Shown one piece after another: positions 1 to 13,100 of a DNA stretch of 50,886 nt. The position numbers were made by a program, and so were the translations under genes. This DNA comes from Nemertoderma westbladi (Eukaryota > Animalia > Xenacoelomorpha). Below the pieces are notes generated by a model. That model was not told the origin of the DNA, did no database searches, and worked only from the letters and a program-made list of their open reading frames with translations. The stretch lies in the NCBI GenBank assembly GCA_032718475.1, contig JAUCBJ010009160.1, positions 1-50,886 of the forward strand, in the 5' to 3' direction. The first letter of the stretch is position 1. Each line of letters starts with the position of its first letter.

Positions 1-43
1 CTGAATGTTTTTAAAAGATATTTCTTCCCACCAAGAAAAACAG

Positions 44-600
44 TCAGTTACCATGTAAAAATAACTGGGATATTAGGAAAACTAAAGGCCCTGATTGTTC
101 CACCGCCAATTCTCCGAACTGCGACTCCAACTTATCATATTTCTCGCGGACACTTAAAGTTAACTCACATTCGGATAACACATGCAGTTCGTCTTGCACG
201 TCGTTACTTCTGCAACTGCCAACTCGACTCTCCCATGGCAACCTTTTCCACCTATCCTTCTTAACTCGCAGGTTATGACCTTAAAAAACCTTAAAAAACA
301 AAGTTATGTTCACTTCTCGTTTAAAAAAACTATATTTGGAATCACTTCTATAATGTCCTCCCTAAAGCTGTTACCTGTCACATCCCCAAAAATATCCGAT
401 GGCCAAAACTTCATAGGTTTCACCTCCATACTCAGCTTTTATTATAGTAGGCTATTAATATGAAAACTACAGTTTTAAACTTCTTGCTATCCTATCCACA
501 GTACCTACGCTCCTTTTAGGAATCTACTATCCCACTATATAGATACTGTATCTAGCCAGATTCCTGCACATTTCTGTCATATCCAACTGTATATAAGTTT
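44..600 (-). mobile_element. Degenerate 3' fragment of a LINE (CR1/L2/Crack-like) ORF2 C-terminus
   Basis: Minus strand ~290-100 reads GHNLRVKKDRWKRLPWESRVGSCRSNDVQDELHVLSECELTLSVREKY. This resembles the LINE C-terminal Zn-finger region (SHxLxIExGRWxxxPxxxRxCxC...QDExHVLxxCxxxxxxRxxY). Upstream it is broken by stops and frameshifts, so the 5' limit is approximate. Confidence 0.6.
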
Positions 601-627
601 TATTTAAAATTTGATACTGCCGAGATT

Positions 628-658
628 TCCCCCACCCCCCCCCCCCCCCCCCCCCTCC
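628..658. repeat. Poly(C) tract
   Basis: Near-pure C run of about 27-30 nt. Confidence 0.9.
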
Positions 659-934
659 TCTTTTTTCGCTTATTTATATCAATGTAACCCAATAGCTTAA
701 GTTTAAACGCCCGGTTGCTAGCTATACTAGCACTGCTACAGCTAAGCAACCGGGTGGTCTCATTATTCACCCTACCATTATTCTTTCCAATTACACTGTA
801 TCTTCTGTTTATTGGTGTTGGGGTGCTACATATAAAGCTATTCATATTATTGATTGGTAATAACAATGGACCGGGCCATCCCGGATTGATTGATTGATTG
901 ATATGGGAGGACAACCTAAACCGAGTTAATTCAG

Positions 935-1027
935 CGAATTATCCGGGACCGAATTGTCCGGGACCGAATTATCCTAGGACCGAATTGTCCTAGGACCGAA
1001 TTGTCCGGGACCAAATTGTCCGGTTCC
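935..1027. repeat. 15-16-bp tandem repeat (GGGACCGAATTGTCC, about 5-6 copies) ending in CCCGGTTCC; possibly the terminal sub-repeat of a foldback/MITE-type DNA element
   Basis: Units seen directly. The transposon-end interpretation is inference; no partner inverted end was found in the window. Confidence 0.7.
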
Positions 1028-1118
1028 TGATAGCAACTTTTTAGTGCTTTTGGTGATTGGTGAATGTTCTAGAACATTAGTAGAGATATTTTTTATGGTA
1101 GCTAGTGTTAGCTGGTAG

Positions 1119-4100
1119 CTGTTCTTACCCAAGGTCGTGTCTGTCCTTACCCAAGGTCGTGTCTGTCCTTACCCAAGGTCGTGTCTGTCCTTACCCAAGG
1201 TCGTGTCTGTCCTTACCCAAGGTCGTGTATGTCCTTACCCAAGGTCGTGTCTGTCCTCACCCAAGGTCGTGTCTGTCCTTACCCAAGGTCGTGTCTGTCC
1301 TTACCCAAGGTCGTGTCTGTCCTTACCCAAGGTCGTGTCTGTCCTTACCCAAGGTCGTGTCTGTCCTCACCCAAGGTCGTGTCTGTCCTTACCCAAGGTC
1401 GTGTCTGTCCTTACCCAAGGTCGTGTCTGTCCTTACCCAAGGTCGTGTCTGTCCTTACCCAAGGTCGTGTCTGTCCTTACCCAAGGTCGTGTCTGTCCTC
1501 ACCCAAGGTCGTGTCTGTCCTTACCCAAGGTCGTGTCTGTCCTTACCCAAGGTCGTGTCTATCCTTACCCAAGGTCGTGTCTGTCCTCACCCAAGGTCGT
1601 GTCTGTCCTCACCCAAGGTCGTGTCTGTCCTTACCCAAGGTCGTGTCTATCCTTACCCAAGGTCGTGTCTGTCCTCACCCAAGGTCGTGTCTGTCCTTAC
1701 CCAAGGTCGTGTCTGTCCTTACCCAAGGTCGTGTCTGTCCTTACCCAAGGTCGTGTCTGTCCTTACCCAAGGTCGTGTCTGTCCTTACCCAAGGTCGTGT
1801 CTGTCCTTACCCAAGGTCGTGTCTGTCCTTACCCAAGGTCGTGTCTGTCCTTACCCAAGGTCGTGTCTGTCCTTACCCAAGGTCGTGTCTGTCCTCACCC
1901 AAGGTCGTGTCTGTCCTTACCCAAGGTCGTGTCTGTCCTTACCCAAGGTCGTGTCTGTCCTTACCCAAGGTCGTGTCTGTCCTTACCCAAGGTCGTGTCT
2001 GTCCTTACCCAAGGTCGTGTCTGTCCTTACCCAAGGTCGTGTCTGTCCTTACCCAAGGTCGTGTCTGTCCTTACCCAAGGTCGTGTCTGTCCTTACCCAA
2101 GGTCGTGTCTGTCCTTACCCAAGGTCGTGTCTGTCCTTACCCAAGGTCGTGTCTGTCCTTACCCAAGATCGTGTCTGTCCTTACCCAAGATCGTGTCTGT
2201 CCTTACCCAAGGTCGTGTCTGTCCTTACCCAAGGTCGTGTCTGTCCTTACCCAAGGTCGTGTCTGTCCTTACCCAAGGTCGTGTCTGTCCTTACCCAAGG
2301 TCGTGTCTGTCCTTACCCAAGGTCGTGTCTGTCCTTACCCAAGGTCGTGTCTGTCCTTACCCAAGGTCGTGTCTGTCCTTACCCAAGGTCGTGTCTGTCC
2401 TTACCCAAGGTCGTGTCTGTCCTTACCCAAGGTCGTGTCTGTCCTTACCCAAGGTCGTGTCTGTCCTTACCCAAGGTCGTGTCTATCCTTACCCAAGGTC
2501 GTGTCTGTCCTTACCCAAGGTCGTGTCTGTCCTCACCCAAGGTCGTGTCTGTCCTTACCCAAGGTCGTGTCTATCCTTACCCAAGGTCGTGTCTGTCCTT
2601 ACCCAAGGTCGTGTCTGTCCTTACCCAAGGTCGTGTCTGTCCTTACCCAAGGTCGTGTCTGTCCTTACCCAAGGTCGTGTCTGTCCTTACCCAAGGTCGT
2701 GTCTGTCCTTACCCAAGGTCGTGTCTGTCCTCACCCAAGGTCGTGTCTATCCTTACCCAAGGTCGTGTCTATCCTTACCCAAGGTCGTGTCTATCCTTAC
2801 CCAAGGTCGTGTCTATCCTTACCCAAGGTCGTGCCTGTCCTTACCCAAGGTCGTGTCTATCCTTACCCAAGGTCGTGTCTGTCCTTACCCAAGGTCGTGT
2901 CTGTCCTTACCCAAGGTCGTGTCTGTCCTTACCCAAGGTCGTGTCTGTCCTTACCCAAGGTCGTGTCTGTCCTTACCCAAGATCGTGTCTGTCCTTACCC
3001 AAGATCGTGTCTGTCCTTACCCAAGGTCGTGTCTGTCCTTACCCAAGGTCGTGTCTGTCCTTACCCAAGGTCGTGTCTGTCCTTACCCAAGGTCGTGTCT
3101 GTCCTTACCCAAGGTCGTGTCTGTCCTTACCCAAGGTCGTGTCTGTCCTTACCCAAGGTCGTGTCTGTACTTACCCAAGGTCGTGTCTGTCCTTACCCAA
3201 GGTCGTGTCTGTCCTTACCCAAGGTCGTGTCTGTCCTTACCCAAGGTCGTGTCTGTCCTTACCCAAGGTCGTGTCTGTCCTTACCCAAGGTCGTGTCTGT
3301 CCTTACCCAAGGTCGTGTCTGTCCTTACCCAAGGTCGTGTCTGTCCTTACCCAAGGTCGTGTCTGTCCTTACCCAAGGTCGTGTCTATCCTTACCCAAGG
3401 TCGTGTCTATCCTTACCCAAGGTCGTGTCTGTCCTTACCCAAGGTCGTGTCTATCCTTACCCAAGGTCGTGTCTATCCTTACCCAAGGTCGTGTCTATCC
3501 TTACCCAAGGTCGTGTCTATCCTTACCCAAGGTCGTGTCTGTCCTTACCCAAGGTCGTGTCTGTCCTTACCCAAGGTCGTGTCTGTCCTTACCCAAGGTC
3601 GTGTCTGTCCTTACCCAAGGTCGTGTCTGTCCTCACCTAAGGTCGTGTCTGTCCTTACCCAAGGTCGTGTCTATCCTTACCCAAGGTCGTGTCTGTCCTT
3701 ACCCAAGGTCGTGTCTGTCCTTACCCAAGGTCGTGTCTGTCCTTACCCAAGGTCGTGTCTGTCCTTACCCAAGGTCGTGTCTGTCCTTACCCAAGGTCGT
3801 GTCTGTCCTTACCCAAGGTCGTGTCTGTCCTTACCCAAGGTCGTGTCTGTCCTTACCCAAGGTCGTGTCTGTCCTTACCCAAGGTCGTGTCTGTCCTTAC
3901 CCAAGGTCGTGTCTGTCCTTACCCAAGGTCGTGTCTGTCCTTACCCAAGGTCGTGTCTGTCCTTACCCAAGGTCGTGTCTGTCCTTACAAAAGGTCGTGT
4001 CTGTCCTTACACAAGGTCGTGTCTGTCCTTACCCAAGGTCGTGTCTGTCCTTACCCAAGGTCGTGTCTGTCCTTACCCAAGGTCGTGTCTATCCTTACCC

Positions 4101-7100
4101 AAGGTCGTGTCTGTCCTTACCCAAGTTCGTGTCTATCCTTACCCAAGGTCGTGTATGTCCTTACCCAAGGTCGTGTCTGTCCTTACCCAAGGTCGTGTCT
4201 ATCCTTACCCAAGGTCGTGTCTATCCATACCCAAGGTCGTGTCTATCCTTACCCAAGGTCGTGTCTGTCCTTACCCAAGGTCGTGTCTGTCCTTACCCAA
4301 TGTCGTGTATGTCCTTACCCAAGGTCGTGTCTGTCCTTACCCAAGGTCGTGTCTATCCTTACCCAAGGTCGTGTCTATCCTTACCCAAGGTCGTGTCTAT
4401 CCTTACCCAAGGTCGTGTCTGTCCTTACCGAAGGTCGTGTCTGTCCTTACCCAAGGTCGTGTCTGTCCTTACCCAAGGTCGTGTCTGTCCTTACCCAAGG
4501 TCGTGTCTGTCCTTACCCAAGGTCGTGTCTGTCCTTACCCAAGGTCGTGTCTATCCTCACCTAAGGTTGTGTCTGTCCTTACCCAAGGTCGTGTATGTCC
4601 TTACCCAAGGTCGTGTATGTCCTCACCCAAGGTCGTGTCTGTCCTTACCCAAGGTCGTGTCTGTCCTTACCCAAGGTCGTGTCTGTCCTTACCCAAGGTC
4701 GTGTCTGTCCTTACCCAAGGTCGTGTCTGTCCTTACCCAAGGTCGTGTCTGTCCTTACCCAAGGTCGTGTCTGTCCTTACCCAAGGTCGTGTCTGTCCTT
4801 ACCCAAGGTCGTGTCTGTCCTTACCCAAGGTCGTGTCTGTCCTTACCCAAGGTCGTGTCTGTCCTTACCCAAGGTCGTGTCTGTCCTTACCCAAGGTCGT
4901 GTCTATCCTTACCCAAGGTCGTGTCTATCCTTACCCAAGGTCGTGTCTATCCTTACCCAAGGTCGTGTCTATCCTTACCCAAGGTCGTGTCTGTCCTTAC
5001 CCAAGGTCGTGTCTATCCTTACCCAAGGTCGTGTCTGTCCTTACCCAAGGTCGTGTCTGTCCTTACCCAAGGTCGTGTCTGTCCTTACCCAAGGTCGTGT
5101 CTGTCCTTACCCAAGGTCGTGTCTGTCCTTACCCAAGATCGTGTCTGTCCTTACCCAAGATCGTGTCTGTCCTTACCCAAGGTCGTGTCTGTCCTTACCC
5201 AAGGTCGTGTCTGTCCTTACCCAAGGTCGTGTCTGTCCTTACCCAAGGTCGTGTCTGTCCTTACCCAAGGTCGTGTCTGTCCTTACCCAAGGTCGTGTCT
5301 GTCCTTACCCAAGGTCGTGTCTGTACTTACCCAAGGTCGTGTCTGTCCTTACCCAAGGTCGTGTCTGTCCTTACCCAAGGTCGTGTCTGTCCTTACCCAA
5401 GGTCGTGTCTGTCCTTACCCAAGGTCGTGTCTGTCCTTACCCAAGGTCGTGTCTGTCCTTACCCAAGGTCGTGTCTGTCCTTACCCAAGGTCGTGTCTGT
5501 CCTTACCCAAGGTCGTGTCTGTCCTTACCCAAGGTCGTGTCTATCCTTACCCAAGGTCGTGTCTATCCTTACCCAAGGTCGTGTCTGTCCTTACCCAATG
5601 TCGTGTCTATCCTTACCCAAGGTCGTGTCTATCCTTACCCAAGGTCGTGTCTATCCTTACCCAAGGTCGTGTCTATCCTTACCCAAGGTCGTGTCTGTCC
5701 TTACCCAAGGTCGTGTCTGTCCTTACCCAAGGTCGTGTCTGTCCTTACCCAAGGTCGTGTCTGTCCTTACCCAAGGTCGTGTCTGTCCTCACCTAAGGTC
5801 GTGTCTGTCCTTACCCAAGGTCGTGTCTATCCTTACCCAAGGTCGTGTCTGTCCTTACCCAAGGTCGTGTCTGTCCTTACCCAAGGTCGTGTCTGTCCTT
5901 ACCCAAGGTCGTGTCTGTCCTTACCCAAGGTCGTGTCTGTCCTTACCCAAGGTCGTGTCTGTCCTTACCCAAGGTCGTGTCTGTCCTTACCCAAGGTCGT
6001 GTCTGTCCTTACCCAAGGTCGTGTCTGTCCTTACCCAAGGTCGTGTCTGTCCTTACCCAAGGTCGTGTCTGTCCTTACCCAAGGTCGTGTCTGTCCTTAC
6101 CCAAGGTCGTGTCTGTCCTTACCCAAGGTCGTGTCTGTCCTTACAAAAGGTCGTGTCTGTCCTTACACAAGGTCGTGTCTGTCCTTACCCAAGGTCGTGT
6201 CTGTCCTTACCCAAGGTCGTGTCTGTCCTTACCCAAGGTCGTGTCTATCCTTACCCAAGGTCGTGTCTGTCCTTACCCAAGTTCGTGTCTATCCTTACCC
6301 AAGGTCGTGTATGTCCTTACCCAAGGTCGTGTCTGTCCTTACCCAAGGTCGTGTCTATCCTTACCCAAGGTCGTGTCTATCCATACCCAAGGTCGTGTCT
6401 ATCCTTACCCAAGGTCGTGTCTGTCCTTACCCAAGGTCGTGTCTGTCCTTACCCAATGTCGTGTATGTCCTTACCCAAGGTCGTGTCTGTCCTTACCCAA
6501 GGTCGTGTCTATCCTTACCCAAGGTCGTGTCTATCCTTACCCAAGGTCGTGTCTATCCTTACCCAAGGTCGTGTCTGTCCTTACCGAAGGTCGTGTCTGT
6601 CCTTACCCAAGGTCGTGTCTGTCCTTACCCAAGGTCGTGTCTGTCCTTACCCAAGGTCGTGTCTGTCCTTACCCAAGGTCGTGTCTGTCCTTACCCAAGG
6701 TCGTGTCTATCCTCACCTAAGGTTGTGTCTGTCCTTACCCAAGGTCGTGTATGTCCTTACCCAAGGTCGTGTATGTCCTCACCCAAGGTCGTGTCTGTCC
6801 TTACACAAGGTCGTGTCTGTCCTTACCCAAGGTCGTGTCTGTCCTTACCCAAGGTCGTGTCTGTCCTTACCCAAGGTCGTGTCTGTCCTTACCCAAGGTC
6901 GTGTCTGTCCTTACCCAAGGTCGTGTCTGTCCTTACCCAAGGTCGTGTCTGTCCTTACCCAAGGTCGTGTCTGTCCTTACCCAAGGTCGTGTCTGTCCTT
7001 ACCCAAGGTCGTGTCTGTCCTTACCCAAGGTCGTGTCTGTCCTTACCCAAGGTCGTGTCTGTCCTTACCCAAGGTCGTGTCTGTCCTTACCCAAGGTCGT

Positions 7101-10100
7101 GTCTGTCCTTACCCAAGGTCGTGTCTATCCTTACCCAAGGTCGTGTCTGTCCTTACCCAAGGTCGTGTCTGTCCTTACCCAAGGTCGTGTCTGTCCTTAC
7201 CCAAGGTCGTGTCTGTCCTTACCCAAGGTCGTGTCTGTCCTTACCCAAGGTCGTGTCTGTCCTTACCCAAGGTCGTGTCTGTCCTTACCCAAGGTCGTGT
7301 CTGTCCTTACCCAAGGTCGTGTCTGTCCTTACCCAAGGTCGTGTCTGTCCTTACCCAAGGTCGTGTCTATCCTTACCCAAGGTCGTGTCTGTCCTTACCC
7401 AAGGTCGTGTCTGTCCTTACCCAAGGTCGTGTCTGTCCTTACCCAAGGTCGTGTCTATCCTTACCCAAGGTCGTGTCTGTCCTTACCCAAGGTCGTGTCT
7501 GTCCTTACCCAAGGTCGTGTCTGTCCTTACCCAAGGTCGTGTCTGTCCTTACCCAAGGTCGTGTCTGTCCTTACCCAAGGTCGTGTCTGTCCTTACCCAA
7601 GGTCGTGTCTGTCCTTACCCAAGGTCGTGTCTATCCTTACCCAAGGTCGTGTCTATCCTTACCCAAGGTCGTGTCTATCCTTACCCAAGGTCGTGTCTAT
7701 CCTTACCCAAGGTCGTGCCTGTCCTTACCCAAGGTCGTGTCTATCCTTACCCAAGGTCGTGTCTGTCCTTACCCAAGGTCGTGTCTGTCCTTACCCAAGG
7801 TCGTGTCTGTCCTTACCCAAGGTCGTGTCTGTCCTTACCCAAGGTCGTGTCTGTCCTTACCCAAGATCGTGTCTGTCCTTACCCAAGATCGTGTCTGTCC
7901 TTACCCAAGGTCGTGTCTGTCCTTACCCAAGGTCGTGTCTGTCCTTACCCAAGGTCGTGTCTGTCCTTACCCAAGGTCGTGTCTGTCCTTACCCAAGGTC
8001 GTGTCTGTCCTTACCCAAGGTCGTGTCTGTCCTTACCCAAGGTCGTGTCTGTCCTTACCCAAGGTCGTGTCTGTCCTTACCCAAGGTCGTGTCTGTCCTT
8101 ACCCAAGGTCGTGTCTGTCCTTACCCAAGGTCGTGTCTGTCCTTACCCAAGGTCGTGTCTGTCCTTACCCAAGGTCGTGTCTGTCCTTACCCAAGGTCGT
8201 GTCTGTCCTTACCCAAGGTCGTGTCTGTCCTTACCCAAGGTCGTGTCTGTCCTTACCCAAGGTCGTGTCTATCCTTACCCAAGGTCGTGTCTATCCTTAC
8301 CCAAGGTCGTGTCTGTCCTTACCCAAGGTCGTGTCTATCCTTACCCAAGGTCGTGTCTGTCCTTACCCAAGGTCGTGTCTGTCCTTACCCAAGGTCGTGT
8401 CTGTCCTTACCCAAGGTCGTGTCTGTCCTTACCCAAGGTCGTGTCTGTCCTTACCCAAGGTCGTGTCTGTCCTTACCCAAGGTCGTGTCTGTCCTTACCC
8501 AAGGTCGTGTCTGTCCTCACCCAAGGTCGTGTCTGTCCTTACCCAAGGTCGTGTCTATCCTTACCCAAGGTCGTGTCTGTCCTTACCCAAGGTCGTGTCT
8601 GTCCTTACCCAAGGTCGTGTCTGTCCTTACCCAAGGTCGTGCCTGTCCTTACCCAAGGTCGTGTCTGTCCTTACCCAAGGTCGTGTCTGTCCTTACCCAA
8701 GGTCGTGTCTATCCTTACCCAAGGTCGTGTCTATCCTTACCCAAGGTCGTGTCTATCCTTACCCAAGGTCGTGTCTATCCTTACCCAAGGTCGTGCCTGT
8801 CCTTACCCAAGGTCGTGTCTATCCTTACCCAAGGTCGTGTCTGTCCTTACCCAAGGTCGTGTCTGTCCTTACCCAAGGTCGTGTCTGTCCTTACCCAAGG
8901 TCGTGTCTGTCCTTACCCAAGGTCGTGCCTGTCCTTACCCAAGATCGTGTCTGTCCTTACCCAAGATCGTGTCTGTCCTTACCCAAGGTCGTGTCTGTCC
9001 TTACCCAAGGTCGTGTCTGTCCTTACCCAAGGTCGTGTCTGTCCTTACCCAAGGTCGTGTCTGTCCTTACCCAAGGTCGTGTCTGTCCTTACCCAAGGTC
9101 GTGTCTGTCCTTACCCAAGGTCGTGTCTGTACTTACCCAAGGTCGTGTCTGTCCTTACCCAAGGTCGTGTCTGTCCTTACCCAAGGTCGTGTCTGTCCTT
9201 ACCCAAGGTCGTGTCTGTCCTTACCCAAGGTCGTGTCTGTCCTTAACCAAGGTCGTGTCTGTCCTTACCCAAGGTCGTGTCTGTCCTTACCCAAGGTCGT
9301 GTCTGTCCTTACCCAAGGTCGTGTCTGTCCTTACCCAAGGTCGTGTCTATCCTTACCCAAGGTCGTGTCTATCCTTACCCAAGGTCGTGTCTGTCCTTAC
9401 CCAAGGTCGTGTCTATCCTTACCCAAGGTCGTGTCTATCCTTACCCAAGGTCGTGTCTATCCTTACCCAAGGTCGTGTCTATCCTTACCCAAGGTCGTGT
9501 CTGTCCTTACCCAAGGTCGTGTCTGTCCTTACCCAAGGTCGTGTCTGTCCTTACCCAAGGTCGTGTCTATCCTTACCCAAGGTCGTGTCTATCCTTACCC
9601 AAGGTCGTGTCTATCCTTACCCAAGGTCGTGTCTGTCCTTACCCAAGGTCGTGTCTGTCCTTACCCAAGGTCGTGTCTATCCTTACCCAAGGTCGTGTCT
9701 ATCCTTACCCAAGGTCGTGTCTATCATTACCCAAGGTCGTGTCTGTCCTTACCCAAGGTCGTGTCTGTCCTTACCCAAGGTCGTGTCTGTCCTTACCCAA
9801 GGTCGTGCCTGTCCTTACCCAAGGTCGTGTCTGTCCTTACCCAAGGTCGTGTCTGTCCTTACCCAAGGTCGTGTCTATCCTTACCCAAGGTCGTGTCTAT
9901 CTTTACCCAAGGTCGTGTCTATCCTTACCCAAGGTCGTGTCTATCCTTACCCAAGGTCGTGTCTATCCTTACCCAAGGTCGTGTCTATCCTTACCCAAGG
10001 TCGTGTCTATCCTTACCCAAGGTCGTGTCTATCCTTACCCAAGGTCGTGCCTGTCCTTACCCAAGGTCGTGTCTATCCTTACCCAAGGTCGTGTCTGTCC

Positions 10101-13100
10101 TTACCCAAGGTCGTGTCTGTCCTTACCCAAGGTCGTGTCTGTCCTTACCCAAGGTCGTGTCTGTCCTTACCCAAGGTCGTGCCTGTCCTTACCCAAGATC
10201 GTGTCTGTCCTTACCCAAGATCGTGTCTGTCCTTACCCAAGGTCGTGTCTGTCCTTACCCAAGGTCGTGTCTGTCCTTACCCAAGGTCGTGTCTGTCCTT
10301 ACCCAAGGTCGTGTCTGTCCTTACCCAAGGTCGTGTCTGTCCTTACCCAAGGTCGTGTCTGTCCTTACCCAAGGTCGTGTCTGTACTTACCCAAGGTCGT
10401 GTCTGTCCTTACCCAAGGTCGTGTCTGTCCTTACCCAAGGTCGTGTCTGTCCTTACCCAAGGTCGTGTCTGTCCTTACCCAAGGTCGTGTCTGTCCTTAC
10501 CCAAGGTCGTGTCTGTCCTTACCCAAGGTCGTGTCTGTCCTTACCCAAGGTCGTGTCTGTCCTTACCCAAGGTCGTGTCTGTCCTTACCCAAGGTCGTGT
10601 CTATCCTTACCCAAGGTCGTGTCTATCCTTACCCAAGGTCGTGTCTGTCCTTACCCAAGGTCGTGTCTATCCTTACCCAAGGTCGTGTCTATCCTTACCC
10701 AAGGTCGTGTCTATCCTTACCCAAGGTCGTGTCTATCCTTACCCAAGGTCGTGTCTGTCCTTACCCAAGGTCGTGTCTGTCCTTACCCAAGGTCGTGTCT
10801 GTCCTTACCCAAGGTCGTGTCTATCCTTACCCAAGGTCGTGTCTATCCTTACCCAAGGTCGTGTCTATCCTTACCCAAGGTCGTGTCTGTCCTTACCCAA
10901 GGTCGTGTCTGTCCTTACCCAAGGTCGTGTCTATCCTTACCCAAGGTCGTGTCTATCCTTACCCAAGGTCGTGTCTATCATTACCCAAGGTCGTGTCTGT
11001 CCTTACCCAAGGTCGTGTCTGTCCTTACCCAAGGTCGTGTCTGTCCTTACCCAAGGTCGTGCCTGTCCTTACCCAAGGTCGTGTCTGTCCTTACCCAAGG
11101 TCGTGTCTGTCCTTACCCAAGGTCGTGTCTATCCTTACCCAAGGTCGTGTCTATCTTTACCCAAGGTCGTGTCTATCCTTACCCAAGGTCGTGTCTATCC
11201 TTACCCAAGGTCGTGTCTATCCTTACCCAAGGTCGTGTCTGTCCTTACCCAAGGTCGTGTCTGTCCTTACCCAAGGTCGTGTCTGTCCTTACCCAAGGTC
11301 GTGCCTGTCCTTACCCAAGGTCGTGTCTATCCTTACCCAAGGTCGTGTCTGTCCTTACCCAAGGTCGTGTCTGTCCTTACCCAAGGTCGTGTCTGTCCTT
11401 ACCCAAGGTCGTGTCTATCCTTACCCAAGGTCGTGTCTGTCCTTACCCAAGGTCGTGTCTGTCCTTACCCAAGGTCGTGTCTGTCCTTACCCAAGGTCGT
11501 GTCTGTCCTTACCCAAGGTCGTGTCTGTCCTTACCCAAGGTCGTGTCTGTCCTTACCCAAGGTCGTGTCTGTCCTTACCCAAGGTCGTGTCTGTCCTTAC
11601 CCAAGGTCGTGTCTGTCCTTACCCAAGGTCGTGTCTATCCTTACCCAAGGTCGTGTCTGTCCTTACCCAAGGTCGTGTCTGTCCTTACCCAAGGTCGTGT
11701 CTGTCCTTACCCAAGGTCGTGTCTGTCCTTACCCAAGGTCGTGCCTGTCCTTACCCAAGATCGTGTCTGTCCTTACCCAAGATCGTGTCTGTCCTTACCC
11801 AAGGTCGTGTCTGTCCTTACCCAAGGTCGTGTCTGTCCTTACCCAAGGTCGTGTCTGTCCTTACCCAAGGTCGTGTCTGTCCTTACCCAAGGTCGTGTCT
11901 GTCCTTACCCAAGGTCGTGTCTGTCCTTACCCAAGGTCGTGTCTGTACTTACCCAAGGTCGTGTCTGTCCTTACCCAAGGTCGTGTCTGTCCTTACCCAA
12001 GGTCGTGTCTGTCCTTACCCAAGGTCGTGTCTGTCCTTACCCAAGGTCGTGTCTGTCCTTAACCAAGGTCGTGTCTGTCCTTACCCAAGGTCGTGTCTGT
12101 CCTTACCCAAGGTCGTGTCTGTCCTTACCCAAGGTCGTGTCTGTCCTTACCCAAGGTCGTGTCTATCCTTACCCAAGGTCGTGTCTATCCTTACCCAAGG
12201 TCGTGTCTGTCCTTACCCAAGGTCGTGTCTATCCTTACCCAAGGTCGTGTCTATCCTTACCCAAGGTCGTGTCTATCCTTACCCAAGGTCGTGTCTATCC
12301 TTACCCAAGGTCGTGTCTGTCCTTACCCAAGGTCGTGTCTGTCCTTACCCAAGGTCGTGTCTGTCCTTACCCAAGGTCGTGTCTATCCTTACCCAAGGTC
12401 GTGTCTATCCTTACCCAAGGTCGTGTCTATCCTTACCCAAGGTCGTGTCTGTCCTTACCCAAGGTCGTGTCTGTCCTTACCCAAGGTCGTGTCTATCCTT
12501 ACCCAAGGTCGTGTCTATCCTTACCCAAGGTCGTGTCTATCATTACCCAAGGTCGTGTCTGTCCTTACCCAAGGTCGTGCCTGTCCTTACCCAAGGTCGT
12601 GTCTGTCCTTACCCAAGGTCGTGTCTGTCCTTACCCAAGGTCTTGTCTATCCTTACCCAAGGTCGTGTCTATCTTTACCCAAGGTCGTGTCTATCCTTAC
12701 CCAAGGTCGTGTCTATCCTTACCCAAGGTCGTGTCTATCCTTACCCAAGGTCGTGTCTATCCTTACCCAAGGTCGTGTCTATCCTTACCCAAGGTCGTGT
12801 CTATCCTTACCCAAGGTCGTGCCTGTCCTTACCCAAGGTCGTGTCTATCCTTACCCAAGGTCGTGTCTGTCCTTACCCAAGGTCGTGTCTGTCCTTACCC
12901 AAGGTCGTGTCTGTCCTTACCCAAGGTCGTGTCTGTCCTTACCCAAGGTCGTGCCTGTCCTTACCCAAGATCGTGTCTGTCCTTACCCAAGATCGTGTCT
13001 GTCCTTACCCAAGGTCGTGTCTGTCCTTACCCAAGGTCGTGTCTGTCCTTACCCAAGGTCGTGTCTGTCCTTACCCAAGGTCGTGTCTGTCCTTACCCAA

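Noticed and set aside
182-914. Short ORFs 182-463, 600-914 and 715-897
   Set aside because: Antisense to a LINE relic or spanning the poly(C) tract; no recognisable domains.
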